From the IMG/VR virus record IMGVR_UViG_3300032213_001531, positions 40,994 to 104,993 of that record: DNA of 64,000 bases, one strand, 5' to 3'. The stretch is from a virus. The number at the start of each line of letters is the position of its first letter. The stretch's first letter is position 1. The notes below the pieces were generated by a model. It did not search any database. It was not told where the DNA came from and was given only the letters and a program-made list of their open reading frames with translations. Position numbers and translations under genes: made by a program. Shown here piece after piece: positions 51,476 to 60,002 of this stretch.

Positions 51476-51697
51476 TTAGAGAATATAGTTGCTATAACCA
51501 ATTACTTGAAGCCCAATTCCTGGCGGATTACCAAATAAAGACTCTATCTGTATAGGAATAAACTTGACTCTAAAGGGAAGTATATCATTGACTACTGTTT
51601 GACGATTTTTATCTTCTATTTTTATAATTGAATAATTTATTGGATAAATACTTTTTGTTTTATTGTTTAATTCATCAAGTATTAATGCTCTGGCCAT
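51476..51697 (-). CDS. hypothetical protein
   Basis: TAATG-coupled ORF. Confidence 0.6.
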   Translation of the reverse strand: MARALILDELNNKTKSIYPINYSIIKIEDKNRQTVVNDILPFRVKFIPIQIESLFGNPPGIGLQVIGYSNYIL

Positions 51698-52101
51698 TAA
51701 TCTGTTACATCTTCAAGAATTCTCATTGCACCCTGAGCTACTGTCCAAACTCTTGTAGGGTCTGACAATTGAATATCAAAAATGTCTCCTGTTTGAAGAT
51801 TTTGAGATTGTGCTGCTTCAAGCCAAACTGTAAATTCTCCTGGACCATCATTTTGATCAGCAGCGGGAGTTAAAATCATAACTGTTGTAGCATCATCTGT
51901 AATAACTCCAAGATTAGCAACACTGTTCGGTCTTTTAATTTTCATACTAATATCCCAATCAGGAATATTTAAAGCAACTTTTGCATCATCTGTAGCATAG
52001 ACTCTAAAACCTGAAGTATCTCCACGAACTACAGTCCAAAGAACTGTTGGAGGTTTATTTCCAATGTCATAAGAGTTTGCTGATCCACGAGTAGTTGCCA
52101 T
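51697..52101 (-). CDS. BppU-N/Ig-like structural protein
   Basis: VVRGDT...FDIQL...WTVAQG; paralog of 56220 and 57454 genes. Confidence 0.6.
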   Translation of the reverse strand: MATTRGSANSYDIGNKPPTVLWTVVRGDTSGFRVYATDDAKVALNIPDWDISMKIKRPNSVANLGVITDDATTVMILTPAADQNDGPGEFTVWLEAAQSQNLQTGDIFDIQLSDPTRVWTVAQGAMRILEDVTD

Positions 52102-52119
52102 TTGTTTATTATATCACTA

Positions 52120-52641
52120 TTAGGCTAGTCCAGCCTTTAGTGCCCCCCATGTCCCGTTGCCTTTTGCCTCAACAATAATAATTCCAGATGAGGCTGCATG
52201 AGCTACAATTCCAACTGCACCAGAACCAGATGTTGGCCGTGTTGCTGTTAATCCACCAGACTCTGCAACATATAAAATATCTCCATTAGAAAAACCAGAA
52301 GTATTAATGTCTTCCATAACTCCTGCTACAACTGCAATACCTTCGGCATTGTTTGCTAAACTAGTTTTTAATAATCCTAAAATAGGAGATGTAGTTGTTG
52401 GAATTGCTTTTGAAACAGTTGTGACTGTAGTATATCCTGTTGCATATATTGGTGTTCCTGCTGAAAGTGTTGATCCCCCAGTATTTTTTACTTGAATTTG
52501 AAATTGAGATAATCCAAGTGGAGGTAAAATAATTTTTAATCTATCAGCTAATGCCTCAATGTCTCCGTGTACATTTACAGGATCTTCTGCAAGCGGGTAA
52601 GGTAAATTAAATAAACCATCATCTGTATTTCCAGTAGCCAT
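52120..52641 (-). CDS. virion structural protein
   Basis: Start MATGNTD; LPYP...DIEALA N-terminus; GDILYV...GGLTATRP. Confidence 0.65.
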   Translation of the reverse strand: MATGNTDDGLFNLPYPLAEDPVNVHGDIEALADRLKIILPPLGLSQFQIQVKNTGGSTLSAGTPIYATGYTTVTTVSKAIPTTTSPILGLLKTSLANNAEGIAVVAGVMEDINTSGFSNGDILYVAESGGLTATRPTSGSGAVGIVAHAASSGIIIVEAKGNGTWGALKAGLA

Positions 52642-52676
52642 AGTATATTTATTATACCACCTTCTGAACTGGGTGT

Positions 52677-52706
52677 TTGACTTTGACAATAAAATTATGC
52701 TATACT
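52677..52706 (+). promoter_or_regulatory. sigma70-type promoter for lytic transglycosylase
   Basis: TTGACT-18 nt-TATACT with TG extension; AAGGAGG RBS downstream. Confidence 0.7.
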
Positions 52707-52755
52707 TGGTAGTAACAACCCTGAAAAGGGTTTTTCGTTTCTAAGGAGGAAACAG

Positions 52756-53304
52756 ATGAACATAACACAAGATAAACAAAAACTCATCGGAATACTCACG
52801 ATTATAGTAATGGCAGCGCAGGGTTTAAATGTTGCTAATGCTAGTGAACGCAATAACTTAAGTACGGAAATTGTAGTGTCCGCAGATTCAGCCTCGCAAG
52901 AGGCTTTAAGTGTTTCTAAGGATAAAAAATTAAAAAAGTTTGAAAATAAGGGTTTTCTAACCGATGATGAACTCAAGGAACTTTTATACCTCGTTGGCTT
53001 TAGAGGCAACGATTTAAAGGAGGCTTGGGCAGTAGCCAAAAAAGAGTCTAATGGACAACCAATCAGATTTAATGGAAACACTAAGACTGGCGACAGCTCT
53101 TATGGAATGTTTCAAATTAATATGATTGGCGAACTGGGTCCTGATCGTCGAGATAAATTTAATCTTGATGCCAATTCAGATCTTTTAAATCCCGTTGTAA
53201 ATGCACAAATAGCATTTCATATGTCAGACGGTGGAAAAGATTGGTCTGCTTGGCATGGCATAACAGCTAAAACAAAAATGTGGATGAGTCGTTTTCCTAA
53301 TTAA
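52756..53304 (+). CDS. secreted/membrane-anchored lytic transglycosylase (SLT/lysozyme-like)
   Basis: N-terminal hydrophobic segment; AVAKKES catalytic Glu, SYGMFQIN, DWSAW. Confidence 0.85.
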   Translation: MNITQDKQKLIGILTIIVMAAQGLNVANASERNNLSTEIVVSADSASQEALSVSKDKKLKKFENKGFLTDDELKELLYLVGFRGNDLKEAWAVAKKESNGQPIRFNGNTKTGDSSYGMFQINMIGELGPDRRDKFNLDANSDLLNPVVNAQIAFHMSDGGKDWSAWHGITAKTKMWMSRFPN

Positions 53305-53319
53305 CATTTAAAAGTAAAG

Positions 53320-53349
53320 AACCCCTACCGTAAAAAGTAGGGGTTTTTT
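53320..53349. terminator. terminator between convergent genes
   Basis: AACCCCTAC/GTAGGGGTT stem with T-tract. Confidence 0.85.
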
Positions 53350-53360
53350 GTTTATTTAAA

Positions 53361-54422
53361 TTAACAGCTTCCTCCATCAAAACAACCAGGGTCTGAACAA
53401 CCAGAGCCACAACAGAATGTGGTACAGAATAATCCAGCACAACAATTTCCACAAGGTCCTCCAAACTCAGTACATGCTGCTGGAGCAAAATAAGGTGGGA
53501 AGAACGGTGCTGGTGCAAAGTAAGGAGGGAAGAACGGTGGGAAGAACGGTGCTGGTGCAAAGTAAGGTGGGAAGAACGGAGGGAAGAACGGTGCTGGTGC
53601 AAAGTAAGGAGGGAAGAATGGAGGGAAGAATGGTGACGGTCCACCTGGAGAACATGAAGGTCCAGTTGTGCCATAAATTAATGAATCTAAACATTCTCCA
53701 ATGTATGAACAGTATCCATTTCCAAGGTCACTTGAAGTACATTCCTTATAAAGCACTGTTGCAAAGTAAGGTGGGAAGAACGGTGGGAAGAACGGTGCTG
53801 GACCAAAGAACGGTGGGAAGAATGGAGGGAAGAATGGTGCTACTGCGTAGTTATGTGTAAATGTTATTGTTTGACTTGCTGCTCCAGGATTAACCGTAAT
53901 TGTGACGGTATAAGACTGAGCATTAACCATATTAACTAAATCGCCAGGCCAGGAAGCAGTATATGCTCCGTAGTTGTATAGTGATGGATAATTTGTAGCG
54001 CCATTGGTGGATGTATATAGATAATTAGCTATATTTGATCCAGTCCAAGAAAGAGTTCCAGTCGTTGTGCTATTAGCTGTATATGTAAGGTTTGAAATTG
54101 TTGCACTTGGCGTTGGAGTAAAGTAAGGTGGGAAGAATGGTGGGAAGAATGGTGGGAAGAATGGGAAGAATGGTGGTGCTACATAATTATAATAAACAAA
54201 ACTTACAGAAGATTGATAGTCAGCAAGTGTTCCTGATGTTGGTGTTTGAGACGCTACTTTATTTGATAAACCTGAATCCCCAGTATTTGTTGTAGAACTT
54301 GAAGAATAAGTTAAACCACTATTTGCAATTGCTGTTTGTGCTGCTGTATTTAATAGACCGATTAAGTTTGGTACTGCTACCATTCCTTTGGATGCTGCCC
54401 AACGGCCTATAAAACCCAGCAT
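53361..54422 (-). CDS. adhesin-like protein: PASTA domain, three Pro/Phe tracts, Ig/FN3-like domain, 4-Cys and 10-Cys domains
   Basis: VAVPNLIGL...KVASQTPTSG PASTA motif; (PFFP)n and APAPFFPPFFPPYF repeats; CTEFGGPC...CFDGGSC end. Confidence 0.85.
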   Translation of the reverse strand: MLGFIGRWAASKGMVAVPNLIGLLNTAAQTAIANSGLTYSSSSTTNTGDSGLSNKVASQTPTSGTLADYQSSVSFVYYNYVAPPFFPFFPPFFPPFFPPYFTPTPSATISNLTYTANSTTTGTLSWTGSNIANYLYTSTNGATNYPSLYNYGAYTASWPGDLVNMVNAQSYTVTITVNPGAASQTITFTHNYAVAPFFPPFFPPFFGPAPFFPPFFPPYFATVLYKECTSSDLGNGYCSYIGECLDSLIYGTTGPSCSPGGPSPFFPPFFPPYFAPAPFFPPFFPPYFAPAPFFPPFFPPYFAPAPFFPPYFAPAACTEFGGPCGNCCAGLFCTTFCCGSGCSDPGCFDGGSC

Positions 54423-54429
54423 ATGAAAC

Positions 54430-55056
54430 CTACGCTGTCAAATCGCCAATAAGAACCCAGGCATTGGTGTCTGTTTTAAAAATTGTACAACCTGAGTATC
54501 TTGCAGCAATTTTCTTATTTGAATTTTTGCTATAAATTGTAACAGCTACTGAAACTGGAGCTATTTCTGTTTGACCTGCGCCAATTTGAACAATGTCAAA
54601 TCTAGAACCTATTGGAAATGCAACACTAGCATTTGTTGGAATAGTGACTGTATTAGCAGTTCCAACATCCATTGTTACAGTTTTTCCAGCATCTGTTAAA
54701 GCAGCAGTATAACTTGCTGTTTTAGGTAGTAGTGTTGTAGCATCATTTAGTGATCTCCAAGCATTATCATAATATTGAAGCTCATTAATTTCATTACCGT
54801 TAGAGTTTTGACGAACAAAACAAACAATTCCATTTGTTGGAGATGGAAGTGCTGCGTCACGAGCAGCGGTATTTAAAAAGTTATTGACTCCTGCTTTAGC
54901 AGTTAAAACTTCAGTAAAACTAACGGCTGAACCAAAACTATGAGTTCCAGTCCAAGCGTAGTTTGCTCCAGTTGATGTTGTTCCCGCTACTGGATGCCAA
55001 GTAGATGTTGAATTTTGATAAACATATGCCACTTTTCCATTAGAACTAATTGTCAT
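54430..55056 (-). CDS. short tail fibre protein with WVLIGDLTA C-terminal domain
   Basis: C-domain homologous to that of 46317..48701. Confidence 0.75.
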   Translation of the reverse strand: MTISSNGKVAYVYQNSTSTWHPVAGTTSTGANYAWTGTHSFGSAVSFTEVLTAKAGVNNFLNTAARDAALPSPTNGIVCFVRQNSNGNEINELQYYDNAWRSLNDATTLLPKTASYTAALTDAGKTVTMDVGTANTVTIPTNASVAFPIGSRFDIVQIGAGQTEIAPVSVAVTIYSKNSNKKIAARYSGCTIFKTDTNAWVLIGDLTA

Positions 55057-55159
55057 CTGATCTCAACCCCAATGCTCTCAATTCTGCCTCAGTTAAACCA
55101 AGTGCAACTAATTTTCCAATTCCAAGTTCTTTTAATTCTTGATCTGATAGATTAGCCAT
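55046..55159 (-). CDS. 37-aa micro-protein
   Basis: Not in ORF track: MANLSDQELKELGIGKLVALGLTEAELRALGLRSDDN; TAATG-coupled, fills the gap. Confidence 0.65.
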   Translation of the reverse strand: MANLSDQELKELGIGKLVALGLTEAELRALGLRSDDN

Positions 55160-55614
55160 TACGCACCTATCTCTCTAAATGTAGTTAGGGCAGAATCATA
55201 GATATACATTTTAAGTGGTGAAGAGTCTTTGTCTACCCAAAGAAGTCCATCTGTTAATCCTGTAGTTGGTGCTGAGTTTGTATAAACTGCTGTTGGAATA
55301 CCAACTGAAGATGCACTAGATGTTGTTGAATCCATCCAAACAAAGCCGTCTTGTGGTGTAGCTGGCTCGGTGGCTGAATAAATTGAACCAATACCTTTTG
55401 CATCAACTGTTGCAATCGCTTCTGTTAAATCTTGTAAATGTTGAGCCAGTGATGGAGTCTTTAATTCTGCAACGTCAGTGTTTGATCCATCATAATCTTC
55501 ACCATAATGATATAGTCTAAGGGCTGCCTGAATGTCAGCTGCCTCTGAAAGTGCAGGAATCTTGGTATTGAATAAACCAGTCCCGCCAACGGTACCATCA
55601 ATATTTTCAGCCAT
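55159..55614 (-). CDS. tail fibre-associated protein
   Basis: DGFVWMDS and DGLLWVDK repeats. Confidence 0.65.
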   Translation of the reverse strand: MAENIDGTVGGTGLFNTKIPALSEAADIQAALRLYHYGEDYDGSNTDVAELKTPSLAQHLQDLTEAIATVDAKGIGSIYSATEPATPQDGFVWMDSTTSSASSVGIPTAVYTNSAPTTGLTDGLLWVDKDSSPLKMYIYDSALTTFREIGA

Positions 55615-55633
55615 AATATATCACCACTTTAGA

Positions 55634-56218
55634 TTATACCACAGTAATCAATAAATTGACTACCCTTGTCCCGTCTAGATTTTCCCAACTGGTGCCATCA
55701 TACTCAAGAGCAGTAATGGTTATAGGTAAAGATCTAAATCCTGCAACTATTGCAACTGTTCCTAAAGAGATAGTTGTTGCTACTGGATTTCCTAGATTAT
55801 TAATAGAGGCTTGAACATTAAAGTTTGTTGATTCTAAAGAAGAAACCAAACTTCCAGAAACAACATCTACAAGCTTTACATTAATTGTTGTAGATCCATC
55901 AACAAAAACTTTTTCAATATTTTTACTATAAATGTTTGGAATTAATTTTACTACAGGAACCCAAGTATCGCTTCCATTACTATTAATGTATTGATACATA
56001 TAAAGATATTCTGAATCTCCAACAAGTGTATTAATATATAAATCAAAGATCTCTAAACTTTGATCCCAAATATCATTATTAGGATTATTTGGTTGTCCAG
56101 ATCCAGTAAATATCTGACTTCCTCTTTGCCCTTGTGGACCAAAATCTAAATCTACAGTAATAGAACTTGGACCACCTAAAACTGTAAGATCATCCGCAGT
56201 TACTAGTGGCTCAGCCAT
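55634..56218 (-). CDS. virion structural protein
   Basis: GPQGQRGS mini-collagen, DLYINT motif. Confidence 0.65.
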   Translation of the reverse strand: MAEPLVTADDLTVLGGPSSITVDLDFGPQGQRGSQIFTGSGQPNNPNNDIWDQSLEIFDLYINTLVGDSEYLYMYQYINSNGSDTWVPVVKLIPNIYSKNIEKVFVDGSTTINVKLVDVVSGSLVSSLESTNFNVQASINNLGNPVATTISLGTVAIVAGFRSLPITITALEYDGTSWENLDGTRVVNLLITVV

Positions 56219-56219
56219 A

Positions 56220-56576
56220 CTATGCTCCTGCTGGAGTTACTTGTTCGGTTACAGTAACTGTTCCAGTTAACAAAGTGTGAACTAGGTTGTAAGGTGTTGC
56301 AGATTTCTTAACTTCAACATCATATACATATTGAGTTCCAGCTGTCATAGAGGCTCCCGCACCTGGAGTGATTGCACAGGTAGCATACGTGTTATCTGAA
56401 GAGATAGCTGCGTAACCTTCAATAATTGATGTGGCCCCTCTTGTTAATGCGATGGTAAATTTTATTGAATACCCATCTAAACTAAAAACTGTTCCATCAT
56501 TTTTCTTTGGGTAGACATTAAACTCATAGGTATCACCCTTGTAGTAGCTAATGTTTAATTCTCCTGGAAATGCCAT
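56220..56576 (-). CDS. BppU-N/Ig-like structural protein
   Basis: YKGDT...YVYDVEV...TLLTGTVTV. Confidence 0.65.
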   Translation of the reverse strand: MAFPGELNISYYKGDTYEFNVYPKKNDGTVFSLDGYSIKFTIALTRGATSIIEGYAAISSDNTYATCAITPGAGASMTAGTQYVYDVEVKKSATPYNLVHTLLTGTVTVTEQVTPAGA

Positions 56577-56593
56577 AGTTTTATTATACCATG

Positions 56594-57349
56594 CTAGGAT
56601 ATTGAAATGTAGATAGAGTTTAAGATAGCCGTGCCTTCTAAATCTGACATTATTTGTGGTGAAATACCAAGCCTTTTAACTTTTTCGGTATCTATAACAA
56701 AGCTATGAGTAGTAGATAAATTATATGTATGTTGATACTTTAAGGAAGCTACAAAACTTATAATACTGTTGTTATCATCTGGAAAAAGTGATTTTAGCCA
56801 TATTTCTGTATTATTATTAAGAGTTTCTATGCTTAGATTATAGGTTATGTCTACTCTTGATCCTAGCTTAATATGCTTAAAATTAAGCTTTTGAGATTCT
56901 ATGTTGTATAAAGGAATTTTATTTCCTGGAAGGTACACTTCATTTGTATTTGAACCCAAACCATCAACTGAAAGATCTACCCAACCATCTGTTCCTCTAT
57001 TTGCTCCAATTCTTAGGCCCTTATTATTTAAATTATCATAAATAGCCCAACCCGTGTGTTGTGCATATGGATTAGTTGTTGGATCTAACTCTCCAGGTTC
57101 CCCTTTAGGGCCTTGAGGACCTGGTTTACCGTCTTTTCCGTCTTTACCCTGAAGTCCACGTTCACCTCTTGGTCCTGCGGGTCCCTCTGGGCCAGGCAAA
57201 CCATCTTTTCCTGGATAGCCTTTTTCCCCTTGTGGTCCAGGAACTGGAATATAAATACTATTATCTACTTGACCATTTTCTTGTTTAACTTTATCGGCAT
57301 AGCTAGAAGATTTTGAAGCAGGAAAGTCCATAGATTTAGAAGTAGCCAT
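56594..57349 (-). CDS. collagen-like (Gly-X-Y) protein
   Basis: About 17 consecutive GXY triplets GPQGEKGYP...GPKGEPGE. Confidence 0.85.
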   Translation of the reverse strand: MATSKSMDFPASKSSSYADKVKQENGQVDNSIYIPVPGPQGEKGYPGKDGLPGPEGPAGPRGERGLQGKDGKDGKPGPQGPKGEPGELDPTTNPYAQHTGWAIYDNLNNKGLRIGANRGTDGWVDLSVDGLGSNTNEVYLPGNKIPLYNIESQKLNFKHIKLGSRVDITYNLSIETLNNNTEIWLKSLFPDDNNSIISFVASLKYQHTYNLSTTHSFVIDTEKVKRLGISPQIMSDLEGTAILNSIYISIS

Positions 57350-57367
57350 AAAGACATTATCTCATGA

Positions 57368-57454
57368 CTATTTGTTTACTTTAAATGTTTTGTTTTTAAT
57401 TCTAATTACTGGTGGCAACTCAGGTCTTGGAGTTGTAACTTTTATAACAGCCAT
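57368..57454 (-). CDS. 28-aa basic micro-protein
   Basis: Not in ORF track: MAVIKVTTPRPELPPVIRIKNKTFKVNK; TAATG-coupled. Confidence 0.55.
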   Translation of the reverse strand: MAVIKVTTPRPELPPVIRIKNKTFKVNK

Positions 57455-57834
57455 TACAAGGTACCTGAGACATCTCCGATAACATGAATAGTTCCAATAA
57501 CTGGAGTCCATGTAGTATCGCCATCAATAATTACTTGTAGATCAAAAATTAATTCAGCTACCGCTGTTTTGTAACCAGTTCCCCAATATTCTGTAATTGA
57601 GGCAGGAGCTGTAACATCAACATATCCATTATATGAGACAACTTCAAGCTCATCTATAATGTCACCTTTAGGATCATAACTTGAGGCTGTAAATTCCCAA
57701 TCAGAAATATCAAAATAAGTAGTCTCGTCATCTTCTAAGAATTCAATACGCAAAGGCGCAGTATCTCCTCTAACCACGTTCCACTTAATTCTAACGGGAT
57801 CAGCACCAAAAATCTCAGGACCACATGTACTCAT
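57454..57834 (-). CDS. BppU-N/Ig-like structural protein
   Basis: Start MSTCGPE; VVRGDT...FDLQV...WTPVIG. Confidence 0.6.
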   Translation of the reverse strand: MSTCGPEIFGADPVRIKWNVVRGDTAPLRIEFLEDDETTYFDISDWEFTASSYDPKGDIIDELEVVSYNGYVDVTAPASITEYWGTGYKTAVAELIFDLQVIIDGDTTWTPVIGTIHVIGDVSGTL

Positions 57835-57851
57835 AATCTTGATTATACCAT

Positions 57852-57904
57852 AAAAAATGACTAATACCAAGGTGGTGGGTATAAGACAACCAAGGTATTA
57901 GTCA
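57852..57904 (-). terminator. intrinsic terminator
   Basis: 11-bp perfect inverted repeat TGACTAATACC/GGTATTAGTCA followed by T6 on minus strand. Confidence 0.7.
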
Positions 57905-58125
57905 ATCTAAATTATATCATATCGGACATCATATATATTAAAGTAACAAAACGTTATAATAATAGATAACAAAAAGTTATAAAGTAAATCGTTATAAAAT
58001 TGTTATTTGTCAAGGTATAAAAATTAAGAAATCAGGACTGTAATAGTGTATACTAAATATATATAAGAAAAAAGAACTATCTTTAAAGGTTAATATTTAT
58101 ATATCTTATATATTATATATAGTAG

Positions 58126-58398
58126 TTATTTAGATTTTGCAATGTATTCTAAAAGTATATCGTACATATGGTCTAATTTTTCTTTCATAATTTTATGATC
58201 TTCTTTCATCTGCTTACGACTAACATCAGCATCATAAATTTTTTGTTCTAATCTTGAAATTTGATCTTTCATTGATGAGCCTGAATTGGGCTTAAGTTCG
58301 CTGAGATAATGTTTTACGAGAAATTTAATTCCACCCGCCATAATACCAACTATGGTCAGTACGCTCAAAATTAATGCTGCCCAGTCTTGTACGCTCAT
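58126..58398 (-). CDS. single-TM membrane protein (holin-like)
   Basis: N-terminal TM helix, KPNSGSSMKD, coiled coil. Confidence 0.55.
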   Translation of the reverse strand: MSVQDWAALILSVLTIVGIMAGGIKFLVKHYLSELKPNSGSSMKDQISRLEQKIYDADVSRKQMKEDHKIMKEKLDHMYDILLEYIAKSK

Positions 58399-58566
58399 AA
58401 GTTTTATTATACTATTAGTTTATTAAAAATACGGCGGGACATAGAGTTCGTCGATTTAAATTCGTCGAAATAGAGGATATCCAAACCCTCTATAGACAAT
58501 CTATGGGAGACACTCCCAAACATGTCTTAAATCGGTTCCTAGAGCCTTATACGCTATAATAGAAGT

Positions 58567-58767
58567 ATGTCTGATGATGTAAAATTTAGTGACTTATTTG
58601 ATCCTTCGCAACCAAGGAGTGATAAAGATCTAATTGAACAAAGGTTAGCAATTTGTAACGAATGTCCATCTTTTAACAAACGATTAATTAAGTGTAGAGA
58701 GTGTGGATGTTTTATGGCATTAAAATCTACTTTACGTCAAGCTACATGTCCGTTAGGGAAATGGTAA
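58567..58767 (+). CDS. small Cys-rich metal-binding protein (paralog of 44597..44863)
   Basis: RLAICNECP...CRECGCFM...ATCPLGKW. Confidence 0.75.
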   Translation: MSDDVKFSDLFDPSQPRSDKDLIEQRLAICNECPSFNKRLIKCRECGCFMALKSTLRQATCPLGKW

Positions 58768-58768
58768 T

Positions 58769-59359
58769 ATGAAAATCAATAGAATTTCTCCAGACCTATA
58801 TGAGATTGAGGACTTTATTACAGTCGATCAACAAAAAGAGGTTTTAGATTTTGCATCAGGATTAGATGAAGAGCAATGGTGGCTATCATTTGATGATGAG
58901 TATAAAAAGGGTTTGTGGTATGGAAAACAATATAACGGTGAAAAAAATCCAGTATTTAAAGAGATAGACGATCAAATTAATAACCTATTTGAATCATTAC
59001 TATATGTAGGACAAGTAGCACTTCAAAGATATCACAAGGGTGATGCTATTCAAGAACATAGGGACTATTGGTTAAAGGATGAGCCATATCACATCAGATA
59101 CGGTATATGTTTATATTATAATGACGAGTATGCTGGAGGAGAACTTGAGTACTCAGAGTTAGGTATTGTACATAAGCCTAAATCTAGGTCTTTAGTTATG
59201 CATGGTGGTAATATCCTGCATAAGTCATTACCTGTTACTAATGATCTCCCCCGATATTTTTCAACATGCTTTGTAAGAGGATCAAAAGAAAGTCCAGTTC
59301 TTTTAAATAAAGAACTCTTTAGCGAAATAGAGGAACACGATGGATCAACGTATCAATGA
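58769..59359 (+). CDS. 2OG-Fe(II) oxygenase (P4H-like)
   Basis: HRD...YYNDEYAGGE...LH...R. Confidence 0.88.
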   Translation: MKINRISPDLYEIEDFITVDQQKEVLDFASGLDEEQWWLSFDDEYKKGLWYGKQYNGEKNPVFKEIDDQINNLFESLLYVGQVALQRYHKGDAIQEHRDYWLKDEPYHIRYGICLYYNDEYAGGELEYSELGIVHKPKSRSLVMHGGNILHKSLPVTNDLPRYFSTCFVRGSKESPVLLNKELFSEIEEHDGSTYQ

Positions 59360-60002
59360 ACGAGTAATTGAGATAAACAATATGACTCGACCAGAGTTTG
59401 AAAAACATATGCGAGACAAAAGAGATTCTATGAGATCATCTGATAGCTTTGCTTTAGATATCTTAGAATATAAGAAAAATGGATATTATGTAGAAATGGG
59501 ATCAGCAGGTCCTATAAGTGGAAACACAACCTATAAAATGGAAAATGAATATGACTGGATAGGTGTTGGTTTTGATTTAGATAAAAGAAACGTAGATGAG
59601 TATAACTCTGTTCGCAAAAACCCTTGTTTAATGCAAGATGCCACAACATTTGATTATCTAAAATACTTTGAAGAAAACAACTTTCCAAAACAAATAGATT
59701 ACCTTCAAATTGATATTGAATCTCCAATGGATAAAGGTGGAAGACCTATTGCTCCTATTGGAACACCATTGAATGGTTTAATTGCCCTGCCATTATCTAG
59801 ATATCGCTTTACCGTGATTTCTTTTGAACACGAATATATTATCAACTATAAGAATGCTTCCTTGCGTGATGCTCAGCGAGAAATTCTAAATAACCTTGGA
59901 TATTCTTTAGTTGCAAAGATAGGTCATGAAGACTGGTGGGTAGACTCTACTGTTATTCCATATGAGATCTATAAGTATTATGGAAGATACGAAGCACCAT
60001 AA
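59340..60002 (+). CDS. FkbM-like SAM-dependent methyltransferase
   Basis: GYYVEMGS, IDYLQIDIE, ISFEH, EDWWV. Confidence 0.8.
   Translation: MDQRINERVIEINNMTRPEFEKHMRDKRDSMRSSDSFALDILEYKKNGYYVEMGSAGPISGNTTYKMENEYDWIGVGFDLDKRNVDEYNSVRKNPCLMQDATTFDYLKYFEENNFPKQIDYLQIDIESPMDKGGRPIAPIGTPLNGLIALPLSRYRFTVISFEHEYIINYKNASLRDAQREILNNLGYSLVAKIGHEDWWVDSTVIPYEIYKYYGRYEAP

Noticed and set aside
52707-52755. c-di-AMP (ydaO) riboswitch upstream of the transglycosylase
   Set aside because: The leader is only about 45 nt with one hairpin and lacks the riboswitch consensus.
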